Position numbers and translations under genes: made by a program. Positions 50,070 to 61,735 of a stretch of DNA of 64,000 nucleotides are shown one piece after another; within the stretch, counting starts at the first letter, position 1, and every line of letters begins with the position of its first letter. The notes under the pieces are model-generated. The model had not been told where the DNA came from. It saw only the letters and a list, made by a program, of their open reading frames with translations, and did no database searches. The stretch spans positions 440,689 to 504,688 of the forward strand of contig CAJINV010000024.1 of assembly GCA_905178155.1 (NCBI GenBank), written 5' to 3'. This stretch comes from Amoebophrya sp. A120. Its lineage: Eukaryota; Protista; Dinoflagellata.

Positions 50070-53000
50070 GTTTCTTTGCTGCTGCTCTCTTCACCGGGTT
50101 CTTCGCCTCTCTGTATGGCAGGACTCGTCGGATGTGAACTCGGAAGACGGGGCTGACGAAGATGAACGGACACTGGCGGCCGGACCCGGCTTATCAACTG
50201 CAAATATGCCTGGATCTGGAAGATTTGGGAAGTTTGTCATGCACATTTTGCATGAGCCATGATGTCTGTGATGCATGCCCTAGCATCACAGATTTTTTGA
50301 GGCCTTCTTGATGCCTATTGCGCGTAGCAAATGTTGCCTTCCCTTTGCTGCTCGCACAATACAGATTTTTTTGGATTCCAAACGCAGCATGACAAGTTAC
50401 ATTCTTCCAGGCCCAGACACTTTTCCACTTGATACGGGTGGACGTCCTCTCCAACCCCCGCGGGCTCTGCCTGGTCAGCAGAGCAGTCTGCAGAGCGGAG
50501 GTGCGCAGCCGAGTATATTAAATGCAAAATTTGTGTCTGGGTCCTCTGGATATAAAGAATAAAGAACTTGCGATGGGTGTCTTGCATTCCTGGAAAATCT
50601 GTGTTGCATGAGCAGCAAAAGAGGGGCTTGCTTTGTCATGCAAAAACGTAATTTTTGATGCGTGCTACGGTATTTTCAGCGCAGGTGTCGCAAAAACTGA
50701 CTTGCCATGCCTGGCTGCCATTGCAAGCGCTTCAATCTTCATGCTCAATTCAGCATCACCATCACAAGTTTCCAAAGGACCCAGACATATTAGCAGTGCA
50801 TAGAGTACGTCATCATACCATCAACCGCAGCAGTTTGGAGAACCAAATAACACCGGGCGTATCAACTGTAAAAGTGTCTGGGTCTGGAAGATTCTGACAC
50901 TTGTTATGCACGTTTTGCATGAGCCATGATGTCTGTGATGCATACCCTAGCAATGCAGATTTTTTGAGGGCTTCCTGGTGCCTCTTCCGCATGACAAATA
51001 CCCTATCAGCGTAGCAAAAATTGCATTCCCTTTGGTGCTCATGCAATACAGATTTTTTTAGAATGCAAAAATAGCATTACAAGTTGCATCCTTCCAGACC
51101 CAGACACTTTTGCATTTGATAGGGCGGTATCCTGTGCAAAAAGTTTAAAGAACTACAGACACACAAACGCTGTGGCCCATGTCCCACTTGCAGTTTTGCC
51201 TGTTCGCACCAGAGTGCACAGAAATTCAATCTTCGCGGACGAACAAGAACAGAGATACTTTGATGTCATGCCAACATCCTACATAATGCGACAGCGTGAG
51301 GGGTACTTAAAGCCGTTGCAAAGTCTCAACTGACTTTGTTCATCAGCGCCGTACAGTGCGACGCCATCGCACTGCAGACGACCTCATGGCGCAACGCGTT
51401 CAACACACTCGTCCTGTCGTGCGAAGCGGTGTGGACCTTTGGTAAGCACTGTGGCCAGCACGACGTTAACGCGACAGACCTTACGTTGCCAGCCTGCTTA
51501 CTGCTGTTTACGGCCGAAACTAATTTTTTGCGTGTGTGCTGCAAGGATGCTTTAATAGTGCATAAAACTTTATACACTGAAAATATGTAGTCTGGGTCTG
51601 GAAAGATTCAGACAATTTGTTCTTGGAACTAGCATGAGTTTGTCTTGTGATAGCGGCATGACAGATTTTATCGACGGCCGCCTCATGCGAAGAACTCTGT
51701 CGTGTTCAGCATCACGAATACGGACAACCGTGGAGCACCACAGAAAACGAAAAGCCGTCTACTCCTATTCCTGCATGGCAGACCCTGTAGTACATCAGAT
51801 TGCGCATGTACAAATCCAGACCCAGACTACATATTTTTATTCGATAGCAGGCGGATGCCGCGGGTGAAGTATCGCGCAACCTATACGGACCCACAAAGGT
51901 ACAAATTTTCACCATAGCGGAAATAGTTTAGAACAATTTTGATACTTGGTAAACCTAAATGAGATGCTTTAGTGGGTTTTCAGTGGCGATCACAAAAAAT
52001 CGTGGCGAAACTATTTGGCGTTCTTGTGCGTTTGTATGTAGAGACGCGACAGATAAGGACCGGAGCAGCTGCTAGAGCAGCTCTTTTGATGCACATTGTC
52101 TCCCGAAAAGCGCAAACACAAAAAATATTGCACATATTTTGGCATCACGTGCAAACAAAAGTTTTGATGGCCGCTGACAAGCAAGACGGCTATAGTTTTT
52201 TTTCTCGTGTGGGAAGGGAGCTTTTGAGGCTTGGTACTGGCGAGGAGGCTTGCGATCGGGCGACGCTCGAGCTACCTAGGCATTGCAAATATGCGTGTTG
52301 GGTCTCTTTCCAATCTTCTAGAAGTTTGTGATGCAGCTTTTTCCTGACGGCGGGTGGCGTACGACGGGTCGGTAACGCGACGCGACGGCGGGTGGCGTGC
52401 TTTCTGCCCTTCCGGAAAACGGTGTGAAGCCACTGAGCGCATCAAATGCAAATATGTCTGGTTCATCTGGCAGATTTTGGACTTTGTAATGCTGTTTTTG
52501 CATGACCCAGGAGCTCTTGGCATGCAAGCAATAGCACCACAGGTCTTGAGGAGGTTTCCACCCAATGCTTGTCTCGCATGAGAATATTCAAACTTTGGTT
52601 GGCAGAACAATTTACCTACTTTTATATATTGCTGTTCATGCATGACAGGTTATCATCTTCTGATCCAAAACGCGCATCACAGATTGCATCCTTTCTGAGC
52701 CAGACACATTTGCACTCGATAGACCGACACCAGTATGTGCGACTGGGAAACCATACGCGGCGGCAAGCCGCAGGTAACGGGAGGTGTGCCAATGAGAAGG
52801 CAGCGTGAATTCTTCGGAGCACGGCGCGAAGCAAAGTTCCGACACGATCTTGGACTCCTAGTGCAGGTGAAACCAAAACGACTCGTGGCTTTGCGTACAC
52901 CTAGCAACCCTTGGTCCACGCGGGCGGCGAAGACCTGACCGGCCGGGCTGATCTCTCGCAGTTGCAGGCACCAACGCTTGCGGGTATTATCGAAGAAGAA

Positions 53001-53410
53001 TTCCGAAAGCTTTGCTGTCCAGACCGGAATATCCTTGAAAAAAGCATATGTATGTATCTTTCTTGCACTTGCCACGACAGCATAACAAAAACAACTTTTC
53101 CTGCACGCCTCGTGCGTTCACGTGAAATCTAGCATGAAAAGGAGTCATTGAATTTGAAATTGATTTTGATACATGTGTGTTGCACAAAAGCTTTTCTGGC
53201 GCATCACCTGGTCGAAGGAACGAAGATTTATTTGGGACGAACGCCCTTCTTTCACGAGGGTTTGTGCAGCCTGTTTCGACGTTCGAACGGTACCGCAGAA
53301 CCGATCGGGAAGCCGGAAAACTCTTGTCAGAAATACAATTTGCCGGTGGAAGCGCAGATCTGGTGGAACGCCGTCGACCTCGCGGAGTTTCTTGTGCACC
53401 TAGCGACCTG
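50070..53410 (+). other. Gene-like region with TIR inserts; exon frames not resolved
   Basis: Inserts 50192-50434 (CGGCT/CGGGT), 50516-50802 (GAGTA/GAGTA), 50860-51121 (GGGCG/GGGCG), ~51572-51846, 52440-52721 (GAGCG/GACCG) separated by GC-rich segments. Confidence 0.45.
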
Positions 53411-53667
53411 AAAATACAGATGTGGAGTTTGCAGTTACTCCGTTGGAATAGTGGTTCCATAAACTACTTAGATAGTAGGCCGTTCCGAAAGATGCTTCGA
53501 TAAGAAGCCAAGTCTATAATTGCGACTAGCGCACGATGACGATGAGGTCAGGGCCGTAGGCTACTTTTGCCTTTAGGGCTCTCCTACCTCGGTGGCCGCC
53601 CACCTACCTCAGCGGCCGCCCTCTCACCTACCCCGGCGGCCGCGCGGCTAGGCGTAAGCTGCCCGCC

Positions 53668-54747
53668 CGGCGGCTCAGCCGGTAGCCCAACTGCTTAGCC
53701 CTTCGGCAAGCGGGCCAGCCGCTAGAAGGCGGCTGAGCCGTCCGTCCTACGGCTTAGCCGTTCGCCAAGCGGCTCAGCCGCTAGGAGGCGGCTAAGCCGT
53801 CCGTCCTACGGCTCAGCCGCGAGGAGGCGGCTAAGCCGCACGTCCGGCGGCTGAGCCGGTGGGAGGCGGCTCAGCCGCTCGAGGGCGGCTAAGCCGTCCG
53901 TCCTACGGCTCAGCCGCCAGGAGGTGGCTAAGCCGTCCGTCCTACGGCTTAGCCGCTAGAAGGTGGCTGAGCCGTCCATCCTACGGCTCAGCCGTTCGGC
54001 AAGCGGCTCAGCTGCTCGGGGGCGGCTAAGCCGTCCGTCCTACGGCTCAGCGGCTAGGAGGCGGCTAAGCCGTCCGTCCTACGGCTCAGCCGCAAGGAGG
54101 CGGCTAAGCCGGTGGGAGGCGGCTCAACCGCCCGTCCTACGGCTCAGCCGTTCTGCAAGCGGCCCAGCCGCTCGGAGGCGGCTAAGCCGCACGTCCGGCG
54201 GCTGAGCCGGTGGGAGGCGGCTCAACCGTCCGTCCTACGGCTCAGCCGTCCGGCAAGCGGCTCAGCCGCTCGGGGGCGGCTAAGCCGTCCGTCCTACGGC
54301 TCAGCCACTAGAAGGCGGCTGAGCCGGTGGGGGGCGGCTCAACCGTCCGTCCTACGGCTCAGCCGTTCGGCACGCGGCTCAGCCGCTAGAAGGCGGCTAA
54401 GCCGTCCGTCCTACGGCTTAGCCGTTAGGAGGCAGCTGAGCCGCACGTCCGGCGGCTGAGCCGGTGGGAGGCGGCTCAACCGCCCGTCCTATGGCTCAGC
54501 CGTTCGGCAAGCGGCTCAGCCGCTAGGAGGCGGCTAAGCCGTCCGTCCTACGGCTCAGCCGTTCGGCAAGTGGCTCAGCCGCGAGGAGGCGGCTAAGCCG
54601 GCCGTCCTACGGCTCAGCCGCAAGGAGGCGGCTAAGCCGGCCGGCCCACCCGCTTGGAGGCGGCTAAGCCGTCCGTCGTACGGCTCCGCCGTTCGGCAAG
54701 CGGCCCAGCCGCTAGGATGCGACTGAGCCGTCCTTCCGGCGGCTAAG
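53668..54747. repeat. Palindromic satellite, CGGCTNAGCCG cores with 8-9 bp spacers (~19-20 bp period)
   Basis: e.g. CGGCTCAGCCG-CTAGGAGG-CGGCTAAGCCG-TCCGTCCTA-CGGCTCAGCCG. Confidence 0.95.
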
Positions 54748-55525
54748 AATCGGGGCGCAAATCAAAAACCATTCGGCGGCGCCCGGGTCCGTCAACGTCC
54801 CTCGACGGGCGGTGGGACCGCCGCCCACCTTGTTCCCGACTCTTTCTTCGTGGAAGTCGCTGCACATGTGAAAGTGTCTGTTTGTCATGCAAAAACCACC
54901 TCTAAGATTTCTCCTTCTGGAAATTGCGTTGCGTTTCTCATGGTGTTCATCCTGATCCGGCCATCGAAGGATCGACGTACAACTGTACTCGCACGGACTG
55001 CCGTGGGAGACCACTACCACACCACATCTTGGACGTCGGACTGAAACGGCGCTCGGGCCGAGGTGCGATTGCGCAGAGAACCTACCGTGGGGGCTGGCCG
55101 TAAATGACAAGGTGGGGCTACGATATGCAATTTCAATATGTCTGGGCCGGAGAGAAAAAAGACACTTGCCACACAGTTCTTTAATCTGATAGGAGGTCTA
55201 ACTTCCAAGCGCTCGTAGAGCATGACAAATCGTCCGCAAGCTGCTTGTCTACGACTGCTCTGCAGCAGATATACTATCTTTTCGCGAAAAAACCGCACAT
55301 GTTTTGCTGGCTAGTTAACACAGATTTTTGTGTGATCTCGGATTAGCATGACAAGTTCAAGTTCGCATCTTTCCTTTTGCCTGGTATAAAATTCGCATGA
55401 CAAGTTTGCGTCTCTCCGGATTATGGCATATTCGTAATGCTTAGTGGACCGGAACCCGAACCGCAACCGGTCCAGCAAACGGCGCGTGGCCCACCCGGGA
55501 CGTGGAGTTTCCCGGCTGGATCGTG

Positions 55526-55782
55526 TATCCATTAGGAATATGTCTGGGTCTGCATAAAAGCGATTTGTGATGCGAGATCTGCAGGAAAACAAGATCTGTA
55601 ATGCACGAGTGCGGTTGTCATGTCATGTCAAACTTTTTTCTCGTGCTGACAGTCACTTTGCCATGCGTTTCGCAAATAAATCTGTATATGAGCCAAAGCA
55701 AAAACTATGATGCTGTTTTGCAGTGCAGGCACCGATCAGAAGCAATACAAACGTCCAGACCCAGAAGTATTTGCATTCCATA
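55526..55782. mobile_element. TIR element, family A
   Basis: DR TCGTG/CCGTG. Confidence 0.8.
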
Positions 55783-57449
55783 CCGTGCAGCTATCGTGCG
55801 ACGGCGCAGTATCAGTGCGTTCCTCCGCGTGCAGTAGCGGCCTCCTAGATTCCCCTGCGAAAGGTTCGTGGCCGTCAGCCGGGCAGCGTGTTTGTGCTGG
55901 TATCGCCGAGATTTCGTAGCCCATCGCCGAGATCTGGGGCGTCAGACAAAGTGTCCGATCTGTCTTCGACTCCGCGCTTGTATCCGGCGAGTCCGAACTT
56001 CGGTGGCATCTGTGGACTGCGTGGGAATACCCAAGAGTCCTCGCATCCGCTATGGAACGGCTATCAAGTGCAAACATGTAGAAGTCTGGGTTTAGAAGTA
56101 GAATGCAGACATTTGTCATGCGGTTTTTTTTACGCCGCAGGACCGGCAAAAAATGCTAAGACGACAAAAACCGCGAATACAAGTGCTACGGGCCCCATTT
56201 CTGGCCACCAAAGTCGGGCACTTATAATGTGGGGAGCATGCCAAAAAGTTAAAAGCTGTGCGACTTTTCTCTTAAAGAAGAAAAAAACCAAAACGCGCAA
56301 AGCCCGCCAAAAACTGAAAGCCAACTGCATGTCATTGGCCTGATTTTGGAGGCCCATAGGGTTGGCCCTGGCGGAGGCCCCGGGGTTGCCTCGGCGTGCG
56401 ACGTTTCTTTCAACAAAAAAGCATTTTCTCACTGGAAACAACAGGGGCGCGGCTTTTCAACAAAAAAAGCCAAAAAATGGAAACGCAGCCAAAGGCAGCA
56501 TGCCAATCCGCGTGCCATGGTCCCGATTTAGGGCGCCCAAGGAGTCGACTCTGGCGAAGGCCCTAGCGGGGCCAACAACAGTGTCCGTGTCCGTCCTGCG
56601 GCTGCGCCATCGCGCCGCGTTTGCAAACAAGCCTCTACAACAACGACCGCGCGGAAACGATCAGTAGATACTGCAATCTGTGATGCAGTATCTACCGTTC
56701 ATCACCAGGTTTGCAGATGCTGCAATCTGTGATGCAAAAACGCAATAATTGCGACTTTGTGAAGTACAAGTAGAATCGAGAAGGACCAGTTGTTTTGAAA
56801 AATAAAACTTTTAGTTGTATAATTTTCCTCCGGCTTCAGTGATCTACCTAAACTTCAATTTTGATTTTACCTTGCAATATAATTCTCTGCAACTTCTACT
56901 TCTAGGCAGGAGATCACCTGTGATGGTTCTTTTTTCTCGCCCGGAACCACGAGTCCCAGTCCTATTGTAAGGAAAATGATGCTGATGAACGTGCTGTCAG
57001 CAGATTGTGCCCGTCTTTGGAACGAGTAGGAGAGCAGACTTCATAGTACCTCTGGGTACGTATTTATCTGGAAAGAAAAAAGCATCTTGCGCGCAGGTGG
57101 CGGTGGTGGTGGTGGTGGTGGTTGGGCGAATAATCACAACATTGCAGTAATATGCCAGGTTTCGAATGTGGTGCATGACCACTGGTGCAAATTTTTTTGA
57201 TGCCGCTGTGGTGCGGTCCTCGGGAAAAGGTATGCATGCATGACAAACTTGTAAGGTCGTGCAAAATGATAATGAAACAGGAAGCGCACCCGAGAGCTAC
57301 TATGTTCCCCGTCGATATGTCATTGTCATGCGTATGAAAAAAGCTTTTCTTTTAGTTGCAGTTTCTTTTGCAACTTTGCCACAGTGTTGTGTAAACAGAG
57401 TACAAAAAATATATTTTTCTTTCCAACATGATCCGAACCTTGAGGACGA

Positions 57450-59278
57450 ATTAAAACCGTTTCCAGGTCTACCAAGCCGCTGATTTCCTTTCCCAAGGGC
57501 CACAGCAACCACTTCCTGATAACCAGCATTATGGAGCGTACCGGGTCAACTTCCTCGAGGGCTTCAACGATAAGCAACCACGAGTCGATCTTCTACGCAG
57601 AACGCCGACACAAGCTTCCCAATATCAACTGCAAACGTATCAGTATCTTCTGGTTCACTGTAGGGGCCTGTGATATTTTATTGTGGATCCGAAGACGATA
57701 GCGATACATTTGTATAAGCACATCCGCGAACAAGCTCGTGAGCAAATGACGAGACTGTTAAAAGGACGATATACAAGCTTGTATAGATGGCGCAGTACGG
57801 TGGATTTTCATGCATGAGGCCATTTTTCCAAACTCAGAGATAGTTGCAGTGCATACCCCAGCTCCTCTTCGACTAGACGGAAAAAAGCGAGCGCCTGTAT
57901 TCCAGCTCTGCGGTTCGAGTCGGCCGCAGACGGTCCTAGGCCCAAGAGACGCGTCGAAGAGAAAGATACAACACACTGCAGAGGAGCACCCACCGCTGAA
58001 AGAACTTATGGAGAAAAAGCCATTATTATCCTGTGTAAAAGGGTCCCCGACCTAGTAGAGTCAAGAAAGGGAGGATTTTGCAGCACAAGCATAGAATTTC
58101 TGGGAATCACGCATGACAAGTTGCAGGCTAGCAAGGACAGCCGCACTACTCGCAAGTCCATCTGTTTATAGTATCCTCTCTATAGCACTACAAATTCCGG
58201 AACACGACTGGAAATGCCTATCATGGGAATGAGCGTCACAAATGTCCCTGTCATTGCATCAAATCTGCATGACAACAACTCTGAAGTCAAGGCGCCTGTC
58301 CTACCCCCCCTGTGTTTCAAGCCATGTGCGCCCTGGGGCGGCAGAGAGGGGGCACACAGTGTGCTGCAATGGTTCCTTTGGCATGACAACTCTGGGTTGG
58401 GGCTGTTTTTACAGAGGATAACTGTACCTGCGAGTCCGGTCCTACAAAAAAGACATGGCTCGGACGGTATTGGGCCAGGTGGTTCCTGGGAAAAGTATCA
58501 CACAGAAAAACACCGGGGGGCCACGTTTGGCGTGGCCGTGAAAGTACGGAAGACAGGCCTTCCTACGTCATCACGAAAGACGCAAGAAAATCGGTCTTGC
58601 ACCATAGCCAAAGATGAAGCCAGCACACTATAGGTTGAGGTTCGCCCAGAACACAAACCTATTGTCTGCTCTTCTTCTTTGGTATTATGATCCGCACTTC
58701 AAACGTACGCCGCGCCTGCTTTTTTCTGTGTGATAGCAACGCTGAAGTACTTGGTTCTCGAGGTCGTGTCGAATCGCCACGACTTTAATAGCGATGGCGT
58801 TACCCTGGTGTGGACTGGAACTGGTTTGCAAGGGCCGCTCGAGCCCGGCCGTGGAGGGGCGGACGGACTCCGGTACTTCGACAGGGGGTATCTCGGGTAC
58901 ATGCAATGCCGAGCACATATCTACCACGAAGCTACCTACGGCACGGACGAGTGGGTGGAGAAGGTGGATAGCGGGGTGGCGCACCACGTTGGAAAACTGC
59001 CAGACGGGTGGGAAACGTTGCACAAAATGATGAAGCGCTTGGTGGCCCGCGTCCCCGAGCGAAAATACGATGCAGAAACTTCGAACGGGAACCATTTCTT
59101 TTATGATTTGGTCACGACGACGGATCCGCAAACCATGATGGCCGGTTCCTACAACGAACCAGTTCACGACATCCTGTTCGACCACGCATACGGGGATGCT
59201 GCAGCCGACCAAACCATTGGGCAGTGGCTTTTCGACCACGCTTTGGCCTTCGCCGGAAGCAGTGGTATAGGTAATTAG
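57450..59278 (+). CDS. Multi-exon gene, probable family 2; only the last exon (~58700-59278) is clear
   Basis: LVLEVVSNRHDFN and TYGTDEWVE resemble LIKHVVSDGAAFN and PYATDEWIS of the 31539 gene; inserts 57623-57855 (CCCAA/CCCAG) and 58027-58420 (family D). Confidence 0.5.
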
Positions 59279-59806
59279 TGAGGTGGGTTGCAAGTAGTAA
59301 TTTTTATGCTGATCATCATGAGGAAAAAGCCGAAGCAGCAAGCACATTGTCATGTCAACCCGGCATACGAACCTAAATCAAGGTAACCATGCGGACCCAC
59401 ACGTATCGCACAGAAATCAGGGAAAGAATCCATGCTACTACTAGAGAGAAAAATAAGTAGAGCAAAAAATGGTCAGAAGTTCAAGTAAAAGCCTTGCAGT
59501 GGTTTATGTTGCGCTCCGCACCATCTATGCTGCACGCTAGTTGTGGACATAGTCTCTCGCCTGCGAAAACTCACTTTCGTAGATATGTTGATTGCAAGTC
59601 GCAATTACAGTTGTTGCGTCCCCCTCTCTGTCCCATGCAGTGTCTTGGTACCATAACTGAAAAACCAGACTCAGCTGGGTGCGCTGGAAAAAAATGTATC
59701 GGTTGTGGACTTTGCATCAACACTGATGCTATCGTGACTTCTCAAGTTCCGCAACGAAAGTTTATAAATTTTCATTTCTTTTCGGCATGGGTCACTTCTC
59801 GTTTTC

Positions 59807-60059
59807 TATCGAGTGCAAATATGTCTGGGTTTGGAGGAATGCAACTTGTAGTGCTGAATTTGGATTGCAAACAAATTTGTATTGCATGAACAGCAAATTT
59901 AGTCTAATTTGTGCTACACGGAGAGGGAATTTGTCATGCGGAATAGGCATCGAGAAGCCTTCAACAGATCTGTGATCATAGGGTATGCATCACAGACATC
60001 ATGGCTCATGCAAAACGTGCATGACAACCTTCCAGACACAGACATATTTGCATTTGATA
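59807..60059. mobile_element. TIR element, family A
   Basis: DR TTTTC/CTTTC. Confidence 0.85.
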
Positions 60060-60110
60060 CTTTCTATGCGATAACAAGCGGAGTCCGACGCGGACCTGCT
60101 GAAGAAGCTA

Positions 60111-60381
60111 TATCAAATGTAAAAGTGTCTGGGTCTGGGAGCATGCAGCTTGTCATGCTAAATCTGAAGCATGCAAAATAAAAAGCTGTGTTGCATAATT
60201 ACCAAAAGCCGACCAGTTTTGACAAAGTCGGGAGGGAGTTTCTCATGCAGGATACACAGGCATGAGAGAGATCGCATGGAATCTGTCATGCTAGGTCCGG
60301 CAGTCCAGACCTCATTGATCATGGAAAAGCTGCAAAACAAATCGCGCACTCTTCCAGACCCAGATACTTTTGCATTTGATA
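60111..60381. mobile_element. TIR element, family A
   Basis: DR AGCTA/AGCTG. Confidence 0.9.
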
Positions 60382-61075
60382 AGCTGCACACCCAGGCTAT
60401 GAAATGCTCAGGTGCTACAATCGCACCGTCGCACGATGCAATTACACCTGATATTTGTCTTGCATGAGCAAGGGCATGGATGAAAAACACACAATACATA
60501 GAGCCTTGCGCCATGGCGATACTTACTAATGTAGCCGGATTCCAATCGGATTTAGGACTTCTACAAATAACCTTTCCTGCGTACTATTTGTGTGAGGATA
60601 GGGCAGCCGGCTGTGCATTCCAAGTCTGCGCCTTCGTTGCGGCAGTTGAGATTGTAACACCTGTGCGGGCGATAGACGTGGGGCAGCGACTTATCAAATA
60701 AAGACACACCTGCACCACTCCGCGAAGCTGCTCGCGGCGCGTTCTTCTTTATACAGTTGTTGAGTAACAAGCATGCACACCCAGCAGGGATCATTGCACC
60801 GGACTTTGCCGTCACCGCAGTCAACGCATTGCGTGAAGATCCATAATACCCGGTCACGCAACGTTGGCCTTCAGGTTCAGCCAAAGTACTAGGCCTGCTT
60901 TGTTATTGGTGTCATGACATACGAAATAAAAGCGCACGTGAAGTAGGACCCTGTGACCGTGGTGCAGCGTCTCCGCTGAATACTTCTAGATGGCAAACAT
61001 TCCAATTTTTGTGGCGCGACTGCCTTCTATTCCGCGGAGAGCACTGATAACACGTACAGAGAGCTGGAAAGCCTG

Positions 61076-61735
61076 ATGGATCGAGACGAGGTTAAAGATG
61101 CACCTGCTGTGCGAGAGGTGACGACGTCCGTATCCATTGAAACTGTGTCGGGGTCAGGAGGTCCCGTGCCTTCCACTTCATGCGAAATAAACGAACGACA
61201 CCACCATCAGCTTTGTGATATGCGCCAATGCAACTTCCTGTTTTATTGTTTTTGTCATGCTCGGGAATTCTCATTCTGTTATTTATTTGGTCATGCGCAA
61301 GAATGTGCAGAACGTGTCGCGCGTTTCGCAATTATCCGGGAAACAAGTCTTGTTGCCCTAGTCCGAAATGAGACCCGGACGCGGTTGCGCGGTTGATATT
61401 CAGCATCAAGCTCCGGTGAGGAAACGCGGCCGACGAACGGCTTCGCCGCGGGTGGCCTATTCGCAGGAAACACGGCTGTACCAAACGCGTCGCAGACGCT
61501 GAGAGCACCGAATGCACGCGTCGCCACGGGTAGCAAGCGGCAGCACCACGAATACAACATCTACAATGGCAACGAGTTTATCAGGGTTTGTGCGAGTAGT
61601 ACGAACGGGGTCACGCGGGTAGGCATAGCGGAGGACATGAAGTCATATCTTGAGTCTTGCGCAACGGGGGCTTGGTTTTTTCAGATCTTGAAAAGCTGGC
61701 TGGGGAAGTTGTTGGGGAGGCCACCCTATCGTTAG
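61076..61735 (+). CDS. Hypothetical 2-exon gene or gene fragment
   Basis: Removing insert 61131-61398 plus 5 bp (GTCCG/TTCAG) joins MDRDEVKD.. to a further ~110 open codons. Confidence 0.45.

Noticed and set aside
53668-54747. CRISPR array or repetitive protein ORFs (53963, 54112)
   Set aside because: Short recurrent spacers; the ORFs are a by-product of GC-rich tandem repeats.
3196-60467. Recurring peptides in the ORF track (QTQTFLHLI, SNAKVSGSGR, YQMQICLGLE, LPDPDIFAFD) as a protein family
   Set aside because: They are translations of the family A TIR in different frames and strands.
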